Positions 19,137 to 27,197 of a stretch of DNA of 64,000 nt are shown here, piece by piece. Each line of letters starts with the position of its first letter. The stretch's first letter is position 1. The position numbers and the translations under genes are program-made. The stretch covers positions 1-64,000 of the forward strand of contig JBFWRP010000026.1 of NCBI GenBank assembly GCA_050248855.1, in the 5' to 3' direction. The notes beneath the pieces were generated by a model. It worked only from the letters and a program-made list of their open reading frames with translations. It was not told where the DNA came from and did not search any database. This DNA is from Planctomycetota bacterium (GTDB taxonomy: Bacteria > Planctomycetota > PLA2 > JAEUHO01).

Positions 19137-19445
19137 GTGAGGCCTTGGCTGCTGCTGCTCCTGCTGCTGCTCCTGGCCTTGGAGCCGCCTGCGGTGGTGC
19201 GGCGCGGTCGCGAGCGACCGCTGTGGTTGAGCCTGCTCGTCGGGGTCGCGGCGATCCTGGTCGCGATCTTCGCCATCGTCGAGGCCCTGCGCGAGCCGCT
19301 CGTCCCCTCGACGCCGCCCGCAGCGCCTGAGCCCCGCGAGCAGCCCCTTGACCCTGCACAGCTCCTGGAGCCTGGCTACGCACCCGTCGATCTGTACTTG
19401 TCTGCGCCGTCGCCCGCCCCGGAGACCGCGGGCGACGCTCGCTGA
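19137..19445 (+). CDS. small hypothetical membrane protein
   Basis: Two hydrophobic segments and a Pro-rich tail; fills the gap between genes. Confidence 0.5.
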   Translation: MRPWLLLLLLLLLALEPPAVVRRGRERPLWLSLLVGVAAILVAIFAIVEALREPLVPSTPPAAPEPREQPLDPAQLLEPGYAPVDLYLSAPSPAPETAGDAR

Positions 19446-19455
19446 TGCGCAGGGG

Positions 19456-19863
19456 TCAGGACGCGACCACGGATGGGCGCCACAGCGCCAGTACGTGGCC
19501 GTCGGGGTCCAGCGCGTAGGCCACTTCGTGACCCCACGTCCGCGGCAGCGCTTCGTCGAGCGCCGTGGCGCCGGCCGCGAGAGCGCGCGCGAACGCGCGG
19601 GCCGGGTCGTCCACGGGCAGGTAGACCTCGGCGCGCGGGATGCCGCGACCGCGGGCGGGGTCGGGCAGCGCCGCACCGAGCAACCGCTTGATGCCGCTCT
19701 CGGGCATCAGGCCCAGGACGGCGCCCCCGGGCAAGTCGAACTCCGTCATGCCCGGCACGTCCAACCGCGGCGCACGCCCGAGGACCTCCCGCCAGAACGC
19801 CTTCGAGCGCGACGCGTCGGCCACGTAGAGGATGAGGTGGGTGGTGCGTGCCGGGCCGGCCAT
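19456..19863 (-). CDS. VOC/glyoxalase family protein
   Basis: HLILYVADASRSKAFW..VPGMTEF..WGHEVAYALDPDGHVL. Confidence 0.9.
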   Translation of the reverse strand: MAGPARTTHLILYVADASRSKAFWREVLGRAPRLDVPGMTEFDLPGGAVLGLMPESGIKRLLGAALPDPARGRGIPRAEVYLPVDDPARAFARALAAGATALDEALPRTWGHEVAYALDPDGHVLALWRPSVVAS

Positions 19864-19870
19864 GGCGAAG

Positions 19871-20734
19871 TCAGCGGGACCCGTCGTCGGCGAGGGCCTG
19901 CGCACGCTCGGCGACGAGGCGCCCCACCTCGGCGTAGGGGCTGCCCGGTATGTCGCGGATCTGGGTCGGGTCCATCTGCCACGCTTCGAAGGACGCCCAC
20001 TGGCGATCGTCCATCGTGCGCCGCAACGCGCCCTGGAGGTCGCCCTTGATGCCCTCGATGCGGGCGCCGTAGGTGGTGTTCGCGCCGGGGAGCGGCTCGC
20101 TCAGGACGCGTTCGAGAAACGCCTTCCAGCCGACGTCCTGCCCGGGCTTGCGCGCCGCTTCGGCCATCAGGTCCACGAGGCGGTCGAAGAAGACCGTACC
20201 GTCGTCCGCCGGCGTGCGCAGCACCTGCAGGATCTCGGACTGGGCTTGCGTGATGTCGCGGGTGACGCTCTCGCTCTGGGTCGCTTCCAGATCGAGCACC
20301 TCGGAGAACGTCGTGTACGCAGGACGCTTGTCCTGCAACGCGAGCACGTTGCGCACGCCCTTCTGCACCGCCTCGTCCAGCGCCCCGTCGACGCGCTCGT
20401 CCACGGCGCGATCCACGAGCTTTCCCAGCTCGGCCTCGGTGCCGGGAGGAACCTCGCCCGAGGGGACGCCGGGCACCAGCGCCACGCCGCGCAGCGTGGG
20501 CGCCGACGTCGGCTCGTCGACCGGCGGGCCCGCGTGGCGCGGTGTCGACGTGCCGCGCAGGGAATCCGACGTCGCGGGCCGGAGCGCGGACGTCAGCCCG
20601 TCTCCCGTCGCAACCAAGCCCTGCTGGATCGCCAGCTCCTCGCGTACCTCCTGGAGCTCGCGGGTCGCCTGCCAAGCGAGCGCCAGGGCCCCGGACGCGA
20701 CGAGCAACGCCAAGACGGGCACGAAGCGCGACAT
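19871..20734 (-). CDS. hypothetical secreted or membrane-anchored protein
   Basis: MSRFVPVLALLVASGALALAW signal/anchor; TAGGCT-N7-ATG upstream. Confidence 0.75.
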   Translation of the reverse strand: MSRFVPVLALLVASGALALAWQATRELQEVREELAIQQGLVATGDGLTSALRPATSDSLRGTSTPRHAGPPVDEPTSAPTLRGVALVPGVPSGEVPPGTEAELGKLVDRAVDERVDGALDEAVQKGVRNVLALQDKRPAYTTFSEVLDLEATQSESVTRDITQAQSEILQVLRTPADDGTVFFDRLVDLMAEAARKPGQDVGWKAFLERVLSEPLPGANTTYGARIEGIKGDLQGALRRTMDDRQWASFEAWQMDPTQIRDIPGSPYAEVGRLVAERAQALADDGSR

Positions 20735-20806
20735 GGGCGACAGCCTACCGCCCGACGGGGCCTGCCGCCGCAGGCCCTGGCCGCGGGACGCCGGTAGGCT
20801 CGGCGC

Positions 20807-21613
20807 ATGCCGCGCTCCCCCACCTCGCGTCGCCCTTCGCCGGAGGCGGGCCGCGCCGTGGCCGGCCTCGCCGAGCGGGAGGGGCCTCGCTTGCACGCCT
20901 TGGCGAGGCGGCTGTGTGGCAAGGCCGACGAGGCCGAGGACCTCGTGCAGGAGGTGTTCCTCTCTGCGCTCAAGGGCTGGGACGGGTTCGAGGGCCGCTC
21001 TTCGCCGACGACTTGGCTGTACACGATCGCGGCGCGCGCGTGCCAGCGGATGCATCGCAAGCGCGCCGGGCAGCCGGCACGCGTGCTCTCGCTGGACGCC
21101 CCGCTGCCGTTCGGGGCGGGGGCCATGCCCACGCTCGGTGCCGAGGAGGGTGGCCCTCCCAGCGAGCAGGTTCGGCGCGAGGCGCTGGAGCGCATGCAGG
21201 CGGGCATCCTGGCCCTTCCGGTCACGTTCCGCCTGCCCTTCGTGCTCAAGGAGGTCGTGGGCCTCCCGGTGGCCGACGTGGCCCGCGTGCTGGGGCTGAA
21301 GCCCGCCACGGTGAAGACGCGGCTGCATCGCGCGCGCCTGCGCGTGCGCCAGGAGCTCGAGAAGTCGATGACCTCGCGCGAGGTCCCGCCGGCGGCCTAC
21401 GACCGCCAGGTCTGCCTCGACCTGCTCGCCGCCAAGCAGGAGGCCTTGGACCGCGGGACCGACCTGGCGCAACCCATCGTCTGCGAGCGCTGCCGCGAGG
21501 TGTTCGCCTCGCTGGACTTCGCGCAGGACGCCTGCCGCCGGCTGGGCGACGAGGCGATGCCCCCCGACGTGAAGACCCGGCTCCTCGCCGCCATCGCCAA
21601 GGCCGCCGCCTGA
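20807..21613 (+). CDS. ECF sigma-70 factor with a fused Cys-rich C-terminal extension
   Basis: AEDLVQEVF..FEGRSSPTTWLYTIA; TVKTRLHRARL; tail VCLDLL..CERC..DACRR. Confidence 0.92.
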   Translation: MPRSPTSRRPSPEAGRAVAGLAEREGPRLHALARRLCGKADEAEDLVQEVFLSALKGWDGFEGRSSPTTWLYTIAARACQRMHRKRAGQPARVLSLDAPLPFGAGAMPTLGAEEGGPPSEQVRREALERMQAGILALPVTFRLPFVLKEVVGLPVADVARVLGLKPATVKTRLHRARLRVRQELEKSMTSREVPPAAYDRQVCLDLLAAKQEALDRGTDLAQPIVCERCREVFASLDFAQDACRRLGDEAMPPDVKTRLLAAIAKAAA

Positions 21614-21639
21614 ATCTGGATTCGGCCTTGGGGAGGACG

Positions 21640-21663
21640 GGAACCTCGGCCCGATCCGTGTCT
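21640..21663 (+). promoter_or_regulatory. putative ECF-type promoter (GGAAC-N15-GTCT) for the YeeE/YedE pair
   Basis: GGAACCTCGGCCCGATCCGTGTCT between the ECF stop and the YeeE start. Confidence 0.6.
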
Positions 21664-21739
21664 CTCAAGGGGTGACGGGCCTTGGCAGGTCCGGGGCGCG
21701 GGGCCCCGGCGACGAACCGGGGCCCGCTCGGAGGACCCC

Positions 21740-22300
21740 GTGACGACCTCTTCCGCCCTCGCGAAGGCGCGGTGGTCGCCGTACTTGGTGGGCGCCTTGC
21801 TGGGCGTCCTCTCGGTGATCACGTTCGCCACCATGGACAAGGCGCTCGGCACGTCGACCAGCTTCGTGCAGGTCGTGGGCATCGCCGAGCGCGCGATCGC
21901 GCCGGAACACACCGACGCCAACGCCTACTTCGTCAAGACGATCGGCACGACGGACAAGCCCACGCCGTGGCTCGAGTGGCAGCTGGCCCTCGTGCTGCTG
22001 ATGCCGGTGGGCGCGTGGCTCGGTTCGCGCCTGGGTGGCAGCCGGTTCCGCGGGGAGCTGCCCGATCTCTGGACGCATCGCTTCGGACCGAGCAAGGCCA
22101 AGCGCGCCGCGTTCGCCTTCCTGGGTGGCGCCGTGCTGCTCTTCGGCGCACGCCTGGCGGGCGGCTGCACGTCCGGCCACTCGCTGTCCGGCGGCCTGCA
22201 GCTGGCCGTGAGCAGCTGGATCTTCACCGCCTCGATGTTCGCCGCGGGCGTGGCCACGGCGTTTGCCCTGTACGGGCGCAAGGGAGCCGACCATGTCTGA
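21740..22300 (+). CDS. YeeE/YedE family sulfur-compound (thiosulfate) transporter subunit
   Basis: WSPYLVGALLG, LGTSTSF, FGARLAGGCTSGH. Confidence 0.92.
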   Translation: MTTSSALAKARWSPYLVGALLGVLSVITFATMDKALGTSTSFVQVVGIAERAIAPEHTDANAYFVKTIGTTDKPTPWLEWQLALVLLMPVGAWLGSRLGGSRFRGELPDLWTHRFGPSKAKRAAFAFLGGAVLLFGARLAGGCTSGHSLSGGLQLAVSSWIFTASMFAAGVATAFALYGRKGADHV

Positions 22301-22856
22301 TGCCAAGACCCTCGTGCTCGGGGCCGTCACGGGCCTCGTGTTCGGCTTCCTCCTCCAGCGGGGCGGGCTCACCCGCTTCCGCACGATCCTCGGCCAGTTC
22401 CTGTTCCGCGACTTCACGATGCTGCGGGTCATGCTCACGGCGATGCTCGTGGGCGGGGTCGGCATCTACGCGCTCCGTGCCGGCGGCATGGAGATCGTGA
22501 TGCACGTCAAGAGCACGGCCATCCTCGGCAACGTGCTCGGTGGCCTGCTCTTCGGCGTGGGCATGGCGGTGCTGGGCTACTGCCCGGGCACGGGCGTGGC
22601 GGCGCTGGGCGATGGCTCGCGACACGTCGGGGCCGGCATCCTGGGGATGCTCGCCGGTGCCGCGATCTACGCCGAGGCGCACCCGTGGCTGGGCGAGAAG
22701 GTCCTGGGTGTCGGCGCCGAGGGCAAGATCACCCTGGCCAGCGCGACCCACACGAGCGAATGGCTCTGGTTCGGCGTGATGGCGGTGGCCGCCGTCGTGC
22801 TGTTCCGCGTCGCCCGGACGGTCGAGCGACGCAAGGCCATGGCGCCCTCCGCCTGA
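22293..22856 (+). CDS. YeeE/YedE family transporter, second subunit
   Basis: GLVFGFLLQRGG..GGLLFGVGMAVLGYCPGT; overlaps the previous stop. Confidence 0.92.
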   Translation: MSDAKTLVLGAVTGLVFGFLLQRGGLTRFRTILGQFLFRDFTMLRVMLTAMLVGGVGIYALRAGGMEIVMHVKSTAILGNVLGGLLFGVGMAVLGYCPGTGVAALGDGSRHVGAGILGMLAGAAIYAEAHPWLGEKVLGVGAEGKITLASATHTSEWLWFGVMAVAAVVLFRVARTVERRKAMAPSA

Positions 22857-22930
22857 GCAGGTCGCAGGGGCCAGGCTCCTGCGTGCAGCGTCGGCCATCG
22901 AACACGCGCGCGGTTCACGCCTCCAGGAGG

Positions 22931-24649
22931 TCACCCCCCGTGGTCTTCTTCTGAGAAGGCGAGGAGGGCGCGGCGGGCCTGGGCGTGCCGGTTCAGGCGG
23001 AGGGTGAACTCCGACTCGCGCCGGCCGCCCTTGGCGCGCACGATGGCGCCCAGCTCGCGACGCGCCTCGAGGCTCCAGCGGCGGATCCCGGGCAACGCCG
23101 TCACGATCGGCGCCCAGCGCTCGAACGCCTGTCGCTCGCCCGCCGACCACCCACGGAACGCGTGCACGCCCAGCAGCGCCGACGCCTCCTCGACGAGGGT
23201 CGCCAGACCGCGTTCGCAGTCGCTGCCGAAGCGGCGCGCCAGATGTCGGGCGGCGCCCACGCTGACGTTGGTCAGGTCGAACAGACCGATCACGTCGTCG
23301 CGCCGACCGTCGGCGAACCAGTACATGTTCTCGGCCGACAGCGCCTGCAACGTGGCCGGCGTCGAGCGATGACCAGGCTTGGCCTTCATGCGACGCCGCT
23401 CGGCGCGCTCCACGCGCTGGACTTCCGGGTCGAGCGACTCGAAGCCCAGCTTGCGGTAGAACCACCACGCACCGGAGGCCTGGCCCTCGGAGTTGTCGTG
23501 GCCCAGCTGGTAGGGGTCCACGGTGAAGGCCGTCGAGCCCAAGAGCTGGTGGACGGCCGACAGGATCCGTCCGTAGATGCGCGCGGCCTCGGCGCCACGG
23601 TTGGCTTCGAAGACGTTGTACATGATCTCGGACGAGGCGTTCCACGCCGTGGCCAGCACGTAGCCGATGGGCACGCCGTTCTTGACGGTGATGAAGCCGT
23701 AGAGCGTCTCGAGCAGCATGCGCCGCTCGGGCACGAGGCCCAGTGCCACCAGCTCGAGGCCGTCGTTCCAGCCGATCCGACGCACGTCCGCGGCATCGGC
23801 GTGGAGGAACGCATCGAGGTCGCGGCTGCGCGTGACCATGGCGTCGCGCGACATCTCGACCAGCGCCTCGGCCTCGCGGCCGCGCACGTCACGAACGAAA
23901 TCGGGCGGCTCGCGCAGCACCTGGGCCAAGTCGGGGCGTGACAGGTCCAGGGGCTCGGTCTGGTAGTGGACGCGCCGCACGGGCACGCGCGCCTTCGTGC
24001 GGCTCGGTGTCTCGGGGCCCGACTCCAGGCGCAGCGGGACGACGAGATCGTCGACCAGCTTCTCCTTGGTGAACGGCTCGACGTCCCAGGCGTCGAAGCG
24101 TGCGAAGAGGAACTCGGCGTCCGTCTCCTGCGCGCCCTTGAGCATCGTCACCTGCTCGCGCGCCGTGAGGTCGAGCTTGGCCAGGGCGAGCTCCTCCGCG
24201 TACGGCATGAGGAGCCACATGCGGTCGGCGATCGTGGCGTCGGACTCGAGCTCGTCCCACTCGATGTGCAACCGACCGGGGTAGCGGCGCGCCAGGCGCC
24301 GCGCGGTGTAGTAGAAGAACGCGTAGTGGATCGCCGTGCCCGCGATCCCCGAGTCCACGAGCCGATCGCGGAACCGCACGAGGTCGCGGCGCTGCGCGAA
24401 GGCCTGCAGCATCGACTCGGCGCGCTCGAGGATGTCGGCATCATCGGGATACGCGCGGACGAACAGCAGGAGCTCGTGCAGGTGCACCACGTCGTCGGGG
24501 CGGAGAAGCGCGGTGCTGGCCAACACGTCCAGCGCCTCGCGCTTGCGGTCCGCCGCGTCGGCGCCGAAGACGAGGCGCAAGGCGGCCAGGCGGTCGAGGG
24601 CGGCGCGCGGGCTGCGCCCCCGGCCCCGCAAAGGTCCCGTGCCTGCCAT
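22931..24649 (-). CDS. conserved-looking hypothetical protein, possible GNAT-like C-terminal region
   Basis: 572-aa ORF with typical codon usage; N..GAWWFYRKLGF resembles GNAT motif B. Confidence 0.8.
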   Translation of the reverse strand: MAGTGPLRGRGRSPRAALDRLAALRLVFGADAADRKREALDVLASTALLRPDDVVHLHELLLFVRAYPDDADILERAESMLQAFAQRRDLVRFRDRLVDSGIAGTAIHYAFFYYTARRLARRYPGRLHIEWDELESDATIADRMWLLMPYAEELALAKLDLTAREQVTMLKGAQETDAEFLFARFDAWDVEPFTKEKLVDDLVVPLRLESGPETPSRTKARVPVRRVHYQTEPLDLSRPDLAQVLREPPDFVRDVRGREAEALVEMSRDAMVTRSRDLDAFLHADAADVRRIGWNDGLELVALGLVPERRMLLETLYGFITVKNGVPIGYVLATAWNASSEIMYNVFEANRGAEAARIYGRILSAVHQLLGSTAFTVDPYQLGHDNSEGQASGAWWFYRKLGFESLDPEVQRVERAERRRMKAKPGHRSTPATLQALSAENMYWFADGRRDDVIGLFDLTNVSVGAARHLARRFGSDCERGLATLVEEASALLGVHAFRGWSAGERQAFERWAPIVTALPGIRRWSLEARRELGAIVRAKGGRRESEFTLRLNRHAQARRALLAFSEEDHGG

Positions 24650-24850
24650 GCGCCCGCCTCCACCGTGCCGGCGCGGAGGCTACCCGGCGCCTCCCCAGCG
24701 ACGTCCCGGCGAGCGCCGGCGCCGGCGCCGGGCGGGACCTGATCGGAGCCATCGACAGAAGCAATCAAGCCGGCCCCAAGCGTCGGGAATCCCGTGGCAC
24801 TCGGGCCGCCGAGCCCTATTGTCCGGGCTCCTGAACCCACGGAGGATTCG

Positions 24851-25489
24851 ATGGACGCCCCTCAGAGCCCCCTCGGCGTCGGCAGCCAGGTGCCCGACTT
24901 CGAGATCAACACGTACGAGCCCAAGACCAAGGGGTTCGGCAAGTTCAACCTCGCGGCCCAGAAGGCGGGGGGCCGCTGGAGCATCTTGTTCTTCTATCCG
25001 GCCGACTTCACCTTCGTGTGAGCGACCGAGTTTGCTGCTCTGGCAGAGCAGTCCGACCGCTTCGCGAAGCTCGGTGCCGACGTGGTCACCGTGAGCAACG
25101 ACACCCAGTTCGTGCACCTCGCCTGGCACCGTAGCGAGAAGGAGCTCGCCGGCGTCCAGTTCTCGATGGGCGCGGACCCGACCGGCAAGCTCGGTCGGAT
25201 GTTCGGGGTCTACGACGACGGCAGCGGCCTCACGCTGCGCGGCACGTTCATCATCAACCCCAAGGGCCAGCTGATGAGCAGCGAGGTGAACTTCTACAAC
25301 CTCGGCCGCAACATCGACGAGCTCATGCGCAAGTTCAAGGCCAACCTCTACCTCTCGAAGAAGCCCAACGAGGGCTGCCCCTCGAAGTGGAAGGACGAGG
25401 GCGACGCCACGCTCACGCCCGGCCCGGAGATGGTCGGCCGCGTGCACGAGGCACTCGAGGCGCAGAAGAAGACCCCTGCGAGGGTCTGA
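24851..25489 (+). CDS. selenocysteine-containing 2-Cys peroxiredoxin (AhpC/Prx1 type, PrxU-like); TGA 25019-25021 = Sec57
   Basis: ORFs 24794..25021 and 25082..25489 are in one frame; readthrough gives FYPADFTFV-U-ATEF; resolving EGCPSKW; GGAGG SD; SECIS-like hairpin. Confidence 0.93.
25022..25060 (+). promoter_or_regulatory. putative bacterial SECIS element
   Basis: CTGCTCT-GGC-AGAGCAG stem-loop at 25035-25051; absent from the Cys paralog. Confidence 0.8.
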
Positions 25490-25513
25490 CCGGACGACGT
25501 CCGCTCGGACGCG

Positions 25514-25552
25514 ACGGCCCGCGGCGCAACGCCGCGGGCCGTTCGTCGTTTT
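25514..25552 (+). terminator. intrinsic terminator between the two peroxiredoxin genes
   Basis: 13-bp perfect stem ACGGCCCGCGGCG/CGCCGCGGGCCGT followed by TCGTCGTTTT. Confidence 0.75.
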
Positions 25553-25689
25553 GGAACCGCGCGTCTCGGTGGGATCGATGCCCGAAGCGTTTGCATCGGC
25601 GCTGCCGATGGCCTTCGTCGGATCTTCCGGCGCGTCCGACGCATCGCTAGCATCCGCCGCCTTCCTTCCAACGCGCGGAGAGCGACTGC

Positions 25690-26313
25690 ATGGACAACCT
25701 GATCCGACCCGTCACCGTCGGCGGCCTCGTACCCGACTTCACCCTGAAGACCTACGATCCGGCCCGCCAGGGCTTCGGCACCTTCGAGCTGGCCAAGCAG
25801 AAGGCCGCGGGCCGCTGGACGATCCTCTTCTTCTATCCGGCGGACTTCACGTTCGTCTGCGCCACCGAGTTCGCGGCACTCGCCGAGAAGGACGCCGAGA
25901 TGCGCAAGCTCGGCGCGGACGTCGTCACGGTGAGCAACGACACCGAGTTCGTGCACCTCGCCTGGCAGCGCAGCGAGGAGGAGCTCGCCGGCGTGCGCTT
26001 CCCGATGGGCGCGGACCCGCGCGGTGTGCTGGGTCGCCTGTTCGGCGTGCTCGACGAGAACAGCGGGCTCACGTTGCGCGGCACGTTCCTGATCAGCCCC
26101 GACGGCAAGCTGATGAACAGCGAGGTCAACTTCTACAACCTCGGTCGCAACGTCGACGAGCTGCTGCGCAAGCTCAAGGGCAACCTGTACCTTGCCGCCA
26201 ACGGGAGCGAGGCCTGCCCGGCCAAGTGGAGCGCGCACGGCGATGCCACGCTGAAGCCAGGGCCCGAGCTGGTCGGCAAGGTCCGCCAAGCCCTGGCCAA
26301 CCAGGGCGCTTGA
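25690..26313 (+). CDS. ahpC: 2-Cys peroxiredoxin (AhpC/Prx1 type), Cys paralog of the upstream Sec gene
   Basis: FYPADFTFVCATEF (C57), EACPAKW; colinear with the upstream paralog. Confidence 0.93.
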   Translation: MDNLIRPVTVGGLVPDFTLKTYDPARQGFGTFELAKQKAAGRWTILFFYPADFTFVCATEFAALAEKDAEMRKLGADVVTVSNDTEFVHLAWQRSEEELAGVRFPMGADPRGVLGRLFGVLDENSGLTLRGTFLISPDGKLMNSEVNFYNLGRNVDELLRKLKGNLYLAANGSEACPAKWSAHGDATLKPGPELVGKVRQALANQGA

Positions 26314-26354
26314 GCGTTCAGGCCTGGGCGTGTAGACGCCAGCCGGCTTCTGCG

Positions 26355-26379
26355 GGAACCTCTCCGCCCTTCCGGCGTA
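26355..26379 (+). promoter_or_regulatory. putative autoregulatory ECF promoter GGAAC-N16-CGTA
   Basis: GGAACCTCTCCGCCCTTCCGGCGTA just upstream of the ECF gene at 26405. Confidence 0.7.
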
Positions 26380-26404
26380 GGGAAGGGCGGAGGCACGGTC
26401 CCGC

Positions 26405-26962
26405 ATGTCCCCTTCGTCACCCGTCGACCCCGAGGACGCCGCCGACGTCGCGGCCGCCCTCGCCGGGGAGCGGGACCGCTTTGCCGCCCTGGTGACCCGC
26501 CACCAGGGCCCGCTGCGGGCCGTCGTGCGCGCCCACGTCGGTCGGGCCGACGCGCTGGTCGAGGATCTGGCCCAGGACACGCTCCTGCGCGCGTGGCGGG
26601 GCCTCGCGTCGTGGAGCCCGGAGCGGGGGACGTTCCGCACGTGGCTGTTGGCCATCGCACGCCACGTCGCCCGCGACCACCTGCGTCGTGCGAGACGACG
26701 TCCGTCGCCGTCCGCCTCCCCCGGGCCCGAGCCTGCGGCGCCCACGAGCGCGCCCCCCGACGACGCGGGGCGGCTGGCCGCTGCCCTGGACGCCCTGCCC
26801 ACGGCATGGCGCATGGCGGTGCTGCTCGCCGACGCGCACGGCATGCCGCTGGCCGAGGTTGCGCGCGTGGAGCGGATCGCGGTGGGCACGGTGAAGAGTC
26901 GACGGGACCGCGCGCGCAAGGCCTTGCGCGCGGCCCTCGGTCCCGACGAGGAGGCACGATGA
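26405..26962 (+). CDS. ECF sigma-70 factor
   Basis: EDLAQDT..FRTWLLAIARH; GTVKSRRDRAR. Confidence 0.92.
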   Translation: MSPSSPVDPEDAADVAAALAGERDRFAALVTRHQGPLRAVVRAHVGRADALVEDLAQDTLLRAWRGLASWSPERGTFRTWLLAIARHVARDHLRRARRRPSPSASPGPEPAAPTSAPPDDAGRLAAALDALPTAWRMAVLLADAHGMPLAEVARVERIAVGTVKSRRDRARKALRAALGPDEEAR

Positions 26963-27159
26963 ACGACCGGACCACGGAACGGATCGACGCGTGGCTGCGG
27001 GCCGAGGCGCAACGGGATGGTGCCGGCGATCTCGGTGCGCAGGTCCTCGCCCAGCTGCCCGCACGCGGCCGCGGCTGGTCGCCGTGGGCGCTGGGCGCCG
27101 CGGGCCTCGTCCTGGCCGCACGCGCCGTCGCCGCCTTCCTCCTCTTCTTCACCCGCTGA
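26959..27159 (+). CDS. small putative anti-sigma factor (66 aa, one C-terminal TM)
   Basis: ATGA overlap with the ECF stop; GGAGG SD; hydrophobic C-terminus. Confidence 0.65.
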   Translation: MNDRTTERIDAWLRAEAQRDGAGDLGAQVLAQLPARGRGWSPWALGAAGLVLAARAVAAFLLFFTR

Positions 27160-27197
27160 CGCGTCGGCGCGCACGCGGGAACGCCTTGGAGCACGCC

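Noticed and set aside
24795..24809. TGGCAC-N7-GC (GG-N10-GC) sigma-54-like motif upstream of the Sec-peroxiredoxin
   Set aside because: The -12 element is CCGC rather than TTGC, and the same bases fit a -35 spaced 17 nt from TATTGT; a sigma-70-type promoter is more parsimonious.
24794..25489. Reading the split peroxiredoxin (and the split ArsC-like gene at 37785) as nonsense pseudogenes
   Set aside because: Both stops are TGA exactly at the catalytic Cys column, both have a SECIS-like hairpin at matching distance, and neither shows other decay.
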